Shown here piece by piece: positions 29,443-39,300 of a stretch of 64,000 bases of DNA. The position numbers were made by a program, and so were the translations under genes. The DNA lies in assembly GCA_965140445.1 (NCBI GenBank), contig OZ223236.1:1312001-1376000 (forward strand), given 5' to 3'. The notes under the pieces are model-generated. The model did not search any database. It was not told where the DNA came from and saw only the letters and a list, made by a program, of their open reading frames with translations. Numbering within the stretch: position 1 is the stretch's first letter; every line of letters begins with the position of its first letter. Source of the DNA: Candidatus Ozemobacteraceae bacterium. GTDB lineage: Bacteria; Muiribacteriota; Ozemobacteria; Ozemobacterales; Ozemobacteraceae.

Positions 29443-29445
29443 TCA

Positions 29446-29937
29446 CTACTTTTTCAAAATTCGTTCGACTGAAACTATTTTAACTGCATCTTTTTGAATT
29501 AATTTCCCATATTGATCAGTATAGTTTGCATAGGCCTGGATGAGTAAAGCCTCTGTTTGCCACTTATTTTCTGTGTAAAGTGACATGCTGGCTAATTGGA
29601 TGTTTATTCCAGCATTGTTGAAAGAAGAGTTCGAGCCAGTGAAGTTAGTCATGGTAAATTCAGGGGCTTTGATTGTAAAATCATTTAAGGGGCCTTTTTG
29701 CCCAAGTTTTGCCGCATCCCAGCAGGCGTAATAGTCGGCAGGGAAAAGTTGGAACTTTAATAGCGCCAGCTCTGTTAATCCTTGAGCCAGGTAATCAAGC
29801 TTAACTCGCTCGTCAATTTGAACTGTTTGTGGCTTTGATTGCTTTGTCATTCCGCTGAAAGAAATTGCAAGCTGTAGAAGTACGACCGCAAAAGCGAGTG
29901 CCAGAACTAGTGCCATTCCTTTTTTATTATTTTTCAT
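29446..29937 (-). CDS. PilX/GspK-like minor pilin
   Basis: Class III signal KKG|MALVLALAF without Glu at +5; YLAQGLTELA helix typical of the PilX N-terminus. Confidence 0.7.
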   Translation of the reverse strand: MKNNKKGMALVLALAFAVVLLQLAISFSGMTKQSKPQTVQIDERVKLDYLAQGLTELALLKFQLFPADYYACWDAAKLGQKGPLNDFTIKAPEFTMTNFTGSNSSFNNAGINIQLASMSLYTENKWQTEALLIQAYANYTDQYGKLIQKDAVKIVSVERILKK

Positions 29938-29938
29938 T

Positions 29939-30511
29939 TCATTGCCTCGTTCTTGCTTTAAATGAAACCAAAGTGTAGTTTTTCACTTCGTTTCTACCCG
30001 CGTCATTCCAACTAACCGAAACCGTATATTTTGAAAAAACCCCGCTAAGGTTTTTGGTAAGGGTTACAAACTTCCAGTTGCCTGGAGTGTTTGGAAATTT
30101 AGCCTTTTCGAAAGTGTCGTATGTCGGAACAGTAAAACCAATTGGTATATCTTCAACCTTGAGAGTGGCTGAAAAAAAGACTCCAGGCAGGCCTTCTAAC
30201 TCTTCTTTTGGAGTAAGCAGTAATGAAAGATTGCTGTTAGGGTCCTTTGTCCTTAAAGTCTGAGACGCAAGGCCATAAGATCTTGTTCCCCCTGGTGCGG
30301 GTTCCAGTTCACCAAATGGAAATTGTAATGCTTTGTTCAGTTTTTGCTGGCAAAGATTTACTGCCAGAATAGTTCGATTGTCTTTGTCTGTAATTTTTAC
30401 CGAATTTCCCATGACTCCAATGATGGGGATAAATGCTGCAGCCAAAATTGTCATTGCCAGCATGATTTCAGTTAGGTTAAAGCCCCTTTTGGAATTATTA
30501 GTTACTTTCAT
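29939..30511 (-). CDS. Prepilin-type protein (PilV/GspI-like)
   Basis: KRG|FNLTEIMLAMTIL class III signal with Glu5; C-terminal YTVSVSW. Confidence 0.8.
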   Translation of the reverse strand: MKVTNNSKRGFNLTEIMLAMTILAAAFIPIIGVMGNSVKITDKDNRTILAVNLCQQKLNKALQFPFGELEPAPGGTRSYGLASQTLRTKDPNSNLSLLLTPKEELEGLPGVFFSATLKVEDIPIGFTVPTYDTFEKAKFPNTPGNWKFVTLTKNLSGVFSKYTVSVSWNDAGRNEVKNYTLVSFKARTRQ

Positions 30512-31317
30512 TACTTTATTCCTCCAGGAGGGTGTGCCGAAACTGGAACTGTGAAGTCTATTTTGGCTTCCATCTGTTGGGAAATGGTTGTTTTTTCATG
30601 GGTTGGATTTCTCAAGGTTACTTTGAGTTGAACAGTTCTGAATGCCTCATTGTTAGCTGTTGGACTACTTCCAACTGACCAGTTTATTTCAACTCTTTTA
30701 ACATCTCTCAATTTTATTGTATAGGGAACTGATCCTAAATTATATTGAGATGGAAGGCTTCTGAATTGATTTTTATAGTTATTAAAATCTTTTTGCTCGG
30801 GTTTAAAATTAGCAATTGCTCCAAAGTAATCTATACCGTTATTGGGAACCGGGTCAGTGTTTGCATGAAAATAGAGAGTGTAAAGATTTTTTTCGGCGGG
30901 AACCAGCATTAAACAATGGAACAAAACCATTCCAGGTGCCCCAACGGGTTCCATATTGGGTTTGCAGACAGTAAAGAGCATCAAACGGGTATTGCCAGCA
31001 GCTGCGTTTATTTTATCAACCTTGTCAATTATTGATCCAGATTCAAGAACGTTGAATGCGCATGTTGCCGAAGCAACTGTTCCGCTTTGCAGTGCTGATG
31101 CATTGGAAGCTTGTTCTATTCGTTCTTTCAGGATAGCCAGAAACCTTTCGGCTTCTTTCTGTTTCTGCAGTTTCCAGCTGCCTGTGACATACATATTGCT
31201 TCCCATTCTGTAAAATGAAAAGAGGCCAGTGGCGAATATTGCAAAAACTCCGCTGGCAATAAGTATCTCAACCAGTGTGAATCCTTTTCGGACTCTTTTT
31301 CTTTCTGATTTTTTCAT
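30511..31317 (-). CDS. Prepilin-type protein (PilW/GspJ-like)
   Basis: RKG|FTLVEILIAS class III signal with Glu5; GGGAG RBS. Confidence 0.82.
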   Translation of the reverse strand: MKKSERKRVRKGFTLVEILIASGVFAIFATGLFSFYRMGSNMYVTGSWKLQKQKEAERFLAILKERIEQASNASALQSGTVASATCAFNVLESGSIIDKVDKINAAAGNTRLMLFTVCKPNMEPVGAPGMVLFHCLMLVPAEKNLYTLYFHANTDPVPNNGIDYFGAIANFKPEQKDFNNYKNQFRSLPSQYNLGSVPYTIKLRDVKRVEINWSVGSSPTANNEAFRTVQLKVTLRNPTHEKTTISQQMEAKIDFTVPVSAHPPGGIK

Positions 31318-31381
31318 AAACTCCCTACAGGTCTGTATAGATATTTAAGCAATTAATGTACCATAACCAGGCAAAGACTTC

Positions 31382-32335
31382 CTATTTTTCTGGTTTTTCT
31401 GGCTTTTCTGGAACAATTGAGTCAAAAGTTTTGGTATGATTTTCTATCGTTTCAAATATTGACTCTAATACCGGGAAAATTTTATTGCTTATTTTGTATT
31501 TTGAATAAATTACTTTTAACACATCCAGATCAATTCTTTTGCCACCTGAAAGAACCAGTGGATAGGGTTTCAGAGGAAGAAGATTCTGAGCCTTGGGGAA
31601 CTTTGTTAACTCAAGCCAATTAATCAGTTTAAGAGACGATGGTTCATTCTCGGCAAATTTTTGAGCTTCTTCATTTTCTGTTGCTATGAATGCGTAAAAG
31701 AGCGTTTGGTCAATTCCTGGGATTCCAATTCCGTACATTTCATTTGTTTCATAATTTTGTGGATAAGCAAATGGAACTGGAATATTTGCATTTAGAACAA
31801 CTTCAAAACCTCTTTCTTTTGCGACTTCTGCAATGGTTTCAAGGGTTTCGGATTCAATTTTATCAAGGATTTTTCTTGTTTCCTCAGGACTTGTTAAATC
31901 CTTGCAGGATAGGCAATAGTGAATCTCTTTCAGTTTTTTTCTAATGTTAGAATCCGACTCATTTAATTTTTTAAGCTGTGTTTCAAACTCTTTCGCTTTA
32001 GCGGGAGATAGGCCTCCGAACTGTGAAAGAATAGCACCTTTCTGTGACTCAAGCTCTGAAAGTTGCTTTTTTAAATCGTTTTGGCTCGCGAGAAGCTTTG
32101 GGTCGTCAGGTTGATTTTTAAGCTCTTCCAGGCGCGAATACCATTCCTCAGAAGATAGGCCCAGGGGAAGTTTGAAAAAACCCATACGATCAAAATCGAA
32201 TCTTGCCATTTCAGGATGAAGGCTTACTAATAAGCCAGCATCAGCAACTGCTATAGAGCCTGCATGAGCTGAGGATGTAAAACAAAGGACTATTGCCAAT
32301 ACTAGTTTGAAAAGAGTTTGTAATGAAATTTTCAA
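31382..32335 (-). CDS. Skp/OmpH-like periplasmic protein (paralogue 2)
   Basis: Signal peptide ...AHA; IAVAD...LHPEM, coiled coil, VAKERGFEVVLN, GGKRIDLDV. Confidence 0.65.
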   Translation of the reverse strand: MKISLQTLFKLVLAIVLCFTSSAHAGSIAVADAGLLVSLHPEMARFDFDRMGFFKLPLGLSSEEWYSRLEELKNQPDDPKLLASQNDLKKQLSELESQKGAILSQFGGLSPAKAKEFETQLKKLNESDSNIRKKLKEIHYCLSCKDLTSPEETRKILDKIESETLETIAEVAKERGFEVVLNANIPVPFAYPQNYETNEMYGIGIPGIDQTLFYAFIATENEEAQKFAENEPSSLKLINWLELTKFPKAQNLLPLKPYPLVLSGGKRIDLDVLKVIYSKYKISNKIFPVLESIFETIENHTKTFDSIVPEKPEKPEK

Positions 32336-32994
32336 TTGGAGTCTCCTGGGAACAATACCGGAATGTCAGTAGCTTTAAACATGAGGCTTATCGAATGGGC
32401 CTGTTTAAGATATTGCTTTAAATCCGATTCCGAAATATTTGATTCAAGCACCATTTTTCGTAAGGGATTTTTATCAATTTTTACAGGAGGAGATGAGAAT
32501 CTCGGGAGCTTGTTGATGACTACTTTAGAGCTGCTGTTTGCATAAGGTTTTAGTTGATCCCTCAAGATGCTTCGCACGATAGGGAGGATCGCTGTGACGG
32601 CGGTAAATCCGTTGTTTTTTAATGATTCCCTGAGAGATTCTTCCTGTAATGAAAGGGAAGATATCTTTGCTTCCAGGTCTTTTAGCAAGCTCCACTTATT
32701 CTCTTCATTGCCTGATGAATCGCTGGTAAGAAACTTTTTTATTACATCATCTTTGCTTGCTTTTGTCTGGTTCAAACGAGAACTGACAGATGCAAGTTGT
32801 TTGTTTAAATCTTCGACTTTTTTTATTTCTGAATTTGTATTTCTAAATCGATTAGTTGAAGGATCAAAGTTTTTCATCATTGGATGTTTTTTTATTAATC
32901 GTTCAAAATCAAGCCACTTTATCTCTTGAGAAAAAGCGAAATTGCTTGAAAAAAAGACAAAAAAACTTAACAGGGTAAAAAATTTTTTACACAC
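32332..32994 (-). CDS. Skp/OmpH-like periplasmic protein (paralogue 3, shorter)
   Basis: Signal peptide; IKWLDFERLIKKHPMM, coiled coil, KVVINK. Confidence 0.55.
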   Translation of the reverse strand: MCKKFFTLLSFFVFFSSNFAFSQEIKWLDFERLIKKHPMMKNFDPSTNRFRNTNSEIKKVEDLNKQLASVSSRLNQTKASKDDVIKKFLTSDSSGNEENKWSLLKDLEAKISSLSLQEESLRESLKNNGFTAVTAILPIVRSILRDQLKPYANSSSKVVINKLPRFSSPPVKIDKNPLRKMVLESNISESDLKQYLKQAHSISLMFKATDIPVLFPGDSN

Positions 32995-32997
32995 AAT

Positions 32998-33729
32998 TCA
33001 CTCCGGAAGATTTGGAAAATCATTTGAATATGGGTCTACTTTTAAATCAGGCCTTCTGAAAAGCTTTTTTTCTGCCAGAAGTTTTTCAACAAAAGGGTGA
33101 TCTTCATAAATGCTTTTCCTTTGTCCGGCAAATGGAAATATTGAAAAAGACAGGATTTTTCCAGGAACAGGAATTTGAAAAAAGATTAATGAAAACCATG
33201 CCTGGCCATTTATTTCCTGGGCCCAGGGAGAGAGCTTAGATGGTAAAACACCTCTAATTCTGTTTTGCTGTAGAAAAACCAATTGATGGCAATTATAAAA
33301 TGAGTTTTTGTCAGAAAAAAGCGCAACTTTTAGAAAATTCTTTTCTGACCCCAAAATGAGCGGTGGTTTGTCGCTATCTAAAAGGGTTCTAGCAATGGAT
33401 AGAACGGAATCTTTTGCCTGTATTGGAATCCAGGTATAGTTTTTAGCATTGCTCTCCAACAGGGGAATAAGCGATATCAATACTGATGTGAGAATATTAT
33501 GGTTGGTTTGCCATAAAACCTTATCAATTAAATCTGGTGAAATTTTCTCAGATGCTATGTCAATTTCAGACAAAGGAACAATTGGCGCTGATAATGGAAT
33601 TTTAAGATAAAAAAACAGTTTCCAGTCATGCAAAGCTAGACTGCATGCCGAAACTTGAACTTTGGATGTGAAAACAAGTATTAAAATTACAGCAATTGTT
33701 TTGGCGCAATTTTGGACGAAACTTTTCAT
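32998..33729 (-). CDS. Hypothetical exported protein, possible lipoprotein
   Basis: Hydrophobic N-terminus with lipobox-like VSAC; first gene of the tightly packed run. Confidence 0.6.
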   Translation of the reverse strand: MKSFVQNCAKTIAVILILVFTSKVQVSACSLALHDWKLFFYLKIPLSAPIVPLSEIDIASEKISPDLIDKVLWQTNHNILTSVLISLIPLLESNAKNYTWIPIQAKDSVLSIARTLLDSDKPPLILGSEKNFLKVALFSDKNSFYNCHQLVFLQQNRIRGVLPSKLSPWAQEINGQAWFSLIFFQIPVPGKILSFSIFPFAGQRKSIYEDHPFVEKLLAEKKLFRRPDLKVDPYSNDFPNLPE

Positions 33730-33780
33730 AACTATACGTTAACATAGTGACCCAAAGCCAACAACCTTGCTAAATCTTTT

Positions 33781-36159
33781 TTAACGTTCAATTCTGATTT
33801 GTATTTCTGTGGCTGGAATTCCGTTGGCAATGGCTGTAATCCGGTGTTCACCTACTGCCATCGGCCAATACGCTTCGTATGGTGGTGGGGTGGAAAGATA
33901 CTCTTTTCCATCAATCAACCAGGTAATTTCGTCTACTGGCGAATCTGGAATTGCTCTTAATCTCACAAAATTTTCATGCGCTGAGGACATAACAAATTGG
34001 TCATTATTTGCCGGGGAGCTAATTCTAATGGAACCTGCGGATAAGGTTTCGTGGTCTGGTCCCTTTAAAACAAGCAGTTTTGAACTGGGTGATGCTGTTG
34101 GTGTAGCTTGAGTGGAATCCTCTGATACGCCTTTCAGAGAATATGGGTCAGAAAGCTTCAGGTTATTTTCCAGCGCAAAAGGATCGCTTTCTATTTTGGT
34201 TTTTCTCTTTTGAACCCATCTTGCATATTCAGCAGGAAGGTTGTGGGCTCCACTGGTGACGGAGTGAAATTTGCAGGAAGGTATTTCCTGAGTCTGGGGG
34301 GAGACAAAATCTTCTCCAGAATGCTTGCACCAAGGTCCTGGGGTTTGCCCGGATATGCTACATGTTTTTATTTTTTTTACGTTTTCCGGTTTATAGAAGC
34401 CAAAGCCTTGAGTGTTTCCTTCGAGATTTACCAATATTTGCTTAAGCATTGGTCCGCAAGCACTGGAGCCAGAAAGATTTCTGGTTCCTTCACCATCAAA
34501 ATTCCCTGCCCATAATCCGACTATATAATTCTGGGTAAATCCTACAATCCAGCAGTCTCTATAATTGGTGCTGGTTCCTGTTTTTAATGCTACCGGGAAA
34601 TCAAACTTGAAAAAATCAGGATTCCCAAAGGTTAGTAGACGTGCTGACGGGTCAGATAAAATGTCACAAATAATAAAGGAAGTTTCTGGTGAAATTAGCT
34701 GTCTGGATTCTTTTTTTTCATTTTCTTTAAAGCGTAGATTTATTAGCTTTCCTGAGTTAATGAATATGCCATAGGCTTTGACCAGATCTAGCATTGAAAT
34801 TTCCGGGTTTCCAATTGCCAGTCCCAGGCCAAAATAGTTTGCTGCATTTTTTGAAAACTTTAGGATTTCGCAGTCATTTAGAAATCCAAAAAATTCAGGA
34901 ATCCCAATGATATTAAGCATTTTGACTGCGGAAATATTTAAGGAATTTCCAAGAGCGCTTCTGATTGTGACAGGCCCATAAGACTTTCTGTCAGCATTAT
35001 ATGGAAGATAGTCGCCTTGAGGAGTTTTGAAAATTCTCATGGTGTCGGGAATCACAAAAGATGGATAGTAACCTTGTTCTAGAGCCAGGGCATACAAGAA
35101 AGGTTTGAGTATAGAACCCCCTGAGCGTTTTGCTGTCACACCATTGTTGTATCCTGATGAAATTGGCCCATACTCAATCGAACCCGCAAGAGCTCGAATT
35201 TTCATGGTAGAAGCCTCAATAATTATTCCGCAGGCTTGAGTTGCACCATAGCTAAACAGTCTTTGTTTATGTGCTTTTAAAGTTTGAGTCAGTAGTTCCT
35301 GGGTTTCGGAATCAATTGTTGTTACCACCGGCTTATTTGGATTCCCGTAATTGGCGGCCATAAGATCGCAAAAATGTGGTGCCCGAAATGGTTTAGCCTT
35401 CATCCAATTTGGAACAATTTGTTTGATGCTGTCTTCTAACTGTCTTTGGTCTATAAATCCAAGTTTGCGCATTTCTCTCAAAATCCAGTTTCGCCTTTTA
35501 GATAATCGCTTATTGGTTTTTTTTCGAAATGGTGATAACCCAGCGGGAGACTGTGGTAGTGCTGCTATAGTAGCGGCTTCGGCTGGCGACAATGTGTCAG
35601 GAGATTTTTTAAAAAGTAATCTCGCTGCCAGGTTTGCTCCTCTTATGTTTTTAAAAGTCGGAATGATGTTTAGGTAAAGTTCAAGAATCTCTTTTTTTGA
35701 CAGGCTTTGTTCAAGTTTGACGGCCATTAGTATTTCAGAGATTTTAGTTGATAATATCCTCGGGCGCGGATAGACAATCCTGATTACCTGCTGAGTTATT
35801 GTTGACGCTCCGGATACAACCCTGAAGTTACTCAGGTTTTGCCAGGCTGCTCTTAAAATTGCGAAGAAATCGAATCCGGAGTGGGAGTAAAAATTTCGGT
35901 CTTCGGCGGTTAAAATTGCTTGTTGAATCAAATTAGAATAGCTGGCTAGTGGTATTGAATAGCGAAAATCCCCCCTGTCATCTGCAAACAATCGCATTGG
36001 TTCTGTTTTATTATCCAGCAATGCGCCACCTGTTGAGGTAAAGCTCGAAACATATTTCATTGGATCTTCAACAAATTCATCCAAAATATAGCTGAATGAG
36101 AAAATAGAAATAATAAGAAGCACGGTTGAAGCTAATAAAAGCTTTTTTACTCCACTCAT
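33781..36159 (-). CDS. pbpC: Penicillin-binding protein 1C
   Basis: Transglycosylase EDRNFYSH, GASTITQQ; transpeptidase SILK, SLN, KTG; C-terminal BiPBP-like Ig domain; adjacent to alpha-2-macroglobulin. Confidence 0.92.
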   Translation of the reverse strand: MSGVKKLLLASTVLLIISIFSFSYILDEFVEDPMKYVSSFTSTGGALLDNKTEPMRLFADDRGDFRYSIPLASYSNLIQQAILTAEDRNFYSHSGFDFFAILRAAWQNLSNFRVVSGASTITQQVIRIVYPRPRILSTKISEILMAVKLEQSLSKKEILELYLNIIPTFKNIRGANLAARLLFKKSPDTLSPAEAATIAALPQSPAGLSPFRKKTNKRLSKRRNWILREMRKLGFIDQRQLEDSIKQIVPNWMKAKPFRAPHFCDLMAANYGNPNKPVVTTIDSETQELLTQTLKAHKQRLFSYGATQACGIIIEASTMKIRALAGSIEYGPISSGYNNGVTAKRSGGSILKPFLYALALEQGYYPSFVIPDTMRIFKTPQGDYLPYNADRKSYGPVTIRSALGNSLNISAVKMLNIIGIPEFFGFLNDCEILKFSKNAANYFGLGLAIGNPEISMLDLVKAYGIFINSGKLINLRFKENEKKESRQLISPETSFIICDILSDPSARLLTFGNPDFFKFDFPVALKTGTSTNYRDCWIVGFTQNYIVGLWAGNFDGEGTRNLSGSSACGPMLKQILVNLEGNTQGFGFYKPENVKKIKTCSISGQTPGPWCKHSGEDFVSPQTQEIPSCKFHSVTSGAHNLPAEYARWVQKRKTKIESDPFALENNLKLSDPYSLKGVSEDSTQATPTASPSSKLLVLKGPDHETLSAGSIRISSPANNDQFVMSSAHENFVRLRAIPDSPVDEITWLIDGKEYLSTPPPYEAYWPMAVGEHRITAIANGIPATEIQIRIER

Positions 36160-36273
36160 TATTATTGCCTCGCAATGAAATTAGATGACTATGATACAGC
36201 TTTTCAAAAATAAATTAAGAAAAGCTATGAAAAAACTTTTCATTTACCAGAAAGATGACTTTATAAAAAATAG

Positions 36274-36310
36274 AAAAAGGCTGAGCCAGAGTGTTCTCTG
36301 ACTCAGCCTT
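36274..36310 (-). terminator. Terminator-like hairpin between alpha-2-macroglobulin and pbpC
   Basis: aaggctgagccagag-tgtt-ctctgactcagcctt with an A-run on + (U-tract on -). Confidence 0.7.
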
Positions 36311-36329
36311 AAATAGCAAATTGCTGTGA

Positions 36330-39300
36330 TTATTTTTCCTTAATTGTAATTATTTTTCCAGTTGTCATTCCAAAGTAGTCGGGTTGATACATCAAGGACA
36401 CAAGACTTGGTTTCATTTTAAAGGTTCCTTCGCAGATTGCTCTTGCAAAATAGGTGTATCTAAATCTTCCAGACCAGATTCTATCTTTGAAAATCAACAC
36501 TTTATCATTGTGAATTTCACTATGATCAGGATATAGGGTGTAAGCACCATTTTCCCAGCTGCAATAAGATTCTTCATCATCTGTTTTGCCATATTTGCTG
36601 GTATCTTCAGATTTTAGAGCTGGATTTATAGCAATGAAACCAGCAGGAATAGGGTCTTCGATTGCAAGATAATGATAGCGAGAGTATGAACCGTTTTTAT
36701 GGATTGAATCTTCTATCTCTAGTGTGATCTTGAGTAGATCGCCGATTTTGATCTCTTTATCGCCGTTGAGATTTTCAACTGTTTTTTCTATATAAAAACC
36801 GCTTTCGATGTTTTCACTTCTGGAAGCAAGGTCTGGGAAACCATATTCCAGCGAATAGTTGAGCAATGTTTTGTTTGAGGCTGTTAATTTTATAGAACCT
36901 GCTTTGAGAAGCTTTTCCGGGTCTACATCAATAGAGAGGCCATTCTTGCCTGTGCTAAGTTGCTTAACTTCATCTCCAATGGTTAATTCAATGTTGGTTT
37001 CTTTATTTTCATCAACATCATATTTGGCGAAATATGCTGATAATGCAAACAAAGCCATTCCTGTATCAGAAGTGGAATTACATCTTCCTTTGTCTTTGAT
37101 TGAACTCATTAGGGCTCCGGCTAGTTCATCTGCCAGTTTTTTACTTCCGTTTCCCGAAATTACAGCGGCCAGTGAAATGGCTGTAGCACGGTCTGAAGAT
37201 TCATACCAGCCTTTAAAAACATACTTGGAAGGCACTTTTAGTTTATTTATTTCAGCCAGTAATTTTGGATTTTTGTTCCCAATAGCTAAGGTTGCGGCCC
37301 ATAGCATCATTGGTTGCAACTCAATGGAGTCATTTTTATACTTTTTGCCCACGGCAACCAGATCCTGAGTGGTCAATTTACCGTTAATTGCAAGGTTTAC
37401 CAGCCCGAGTGCAGAAATTCCATGTCTGTAGCTTTCGTCGCTTTTTGACTTGAAGAAACCATTCCTGATATAGGTTAATGCCTTATCAAGTCTGGATTGT
37501 TCTATCTCCACTCCAGCTTTTCTGGCAAGGCTAAGAGCAAAAACTGCGTATTGGGTTCCCCACCAGCTTGGGTATGTTCCACCCATCCAATAAGAAAATC
37601 CACCGGAGTATGTTTGCATTCTATAAAGCCTTGATAAGCCAGCTTCAATGAATTTGTCCACTTCCTGAATGTCAAAGCCTGGAAGTTTTCCATTTTGAAT
37701 AAGAGTTCTGAGAGCGGCAAGCGGAATAATTCCAGAGCTGGTTTGTTCTACGCAACCATATGGGTATCTCAAAAGATAATTCAAAGATGGAGTGATTTTG
37801 CTCCATGAATTTGAACTTATGGTAAGTCTTGCTTTCAGAGTTTCTTCGAGTTCGTTTGCTTTAGCGGTTTTTAAATCATCTGGAAAGTCTGGTTTTAATT
37901 CAGTATTCTGCGAAAAGCTTCCAGACAAATGTCGGGTTAATATTGTGTGGGAAGGGTTTATTTGAATCTCTTTTTTTATCGCATCTTTAAACTCTTCAAA
38001 TTCTCCGCTGAATAGCATAGAAGCTAATCCAGCTCCATCTTCTGCGGACATGTTAATGTGCGCAATTCCATTTGTGAAAGGCTCCAACTCCAGTTGAGTT
38101 TCTTCTGGTTTTAGATTGACCTTGCTGGTTTCTACAATCTGGAATTTTCCAGTATTTTTTCTATTGGTTTTGTTGCATAAAGAAAGTTTGAATCTTGCTT
38201 CATCTCCAGAAGTGAGGAATCTTGGAAGCGCTGGTTCCAGGTAAAATTCTTTGCTAACTACCAATTTTCGTTGATTTGAGGCAAAAGCTGCTTTCTTATT
38301 TATTGCTACAACATAAAATCTATATGCTGTTGTGCTGTCCGGGAGCGTGAAATTAATTTCTGCCTTGCCGTTTTTGTCAGATAAAAGAGAAGGGTTCCAA
38401 TAGGCAACAGGCCTGAAATCTTTTCGAATATCCATATCGGCAGACAGGTCTCCGGAACCTAATCCACCACCAGTTAATCCACGGGTGGAGATAAGTCTGT
38501 ATAATTCCTGACTGATAATTGAAGTTCTCAAGTCACCTGAAAAGACGCTTAGCGGTAGAAGGAAATCAACTATCTTGTCCAGAATGGGAGTGTTAAAGCC
38601 TGTTAAAGACAGAATTGCTTCATCAACGACACATACTGCCATTTCGCATTCTGCAGGGGCGTTGTTACTTAAGTTTACTTTTATTGTATAGCTTTTGTTC
38701 TCTCCTGGACGAGCTTTGAGGTCTCCAGTTGTTTCAGGAGCAATAGAGATCTGTAGCTTTTCCAAAGTGTTTTGAACCTTAATATTGCTGACCGCAAAGT
38801 AGGTTCTTGGATATTCGCTATCCATCTGGCTATTGTAAATAGGAAATCCTCCACGCATTCCTGGAGCGGTGAAGGTCACATAGACATTTGGCAAACAATT
38901 CTCATCAATTTTTTCAGTAAAATAACCTTGAGGACTATCAAGTTTTTGAACCCTTGCGCTAATTATTCCACCAAGTTCTTTGGTAATAAGGCCATATTTT
39001 GCTGGTTTTGGAAGGCTGAAGCGAAATTTTACGGTATCTCCTGTTGCTGCCGTAGCCTTGTCTGCAATCAGTATTATTTCATTTTCACTTCTAGTTCGCC
39101 TTCGGCCATCAAGATCGTTGTAAGATTCATAATAGTAGCCAACGTCAAAACTATAGGCTGTTTTATAGTTTACCCCATCTTTTTGATACTCAGCTTGAAC
39201 CATGTATTGGCCGCCTTCGGCCAGTAGAAGATCAAAGTTGGCCACCCCATCCATTATTTTCTGGGATGCTGTCTGGGTTCTCATCCATCCGCTTGTCCAA

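Noticed and set aside
36859..39227. 169-aa and 151-aa + strand ORFs
   Set aside because: Antisense within alpha-2-macroglobulin; no independent support.
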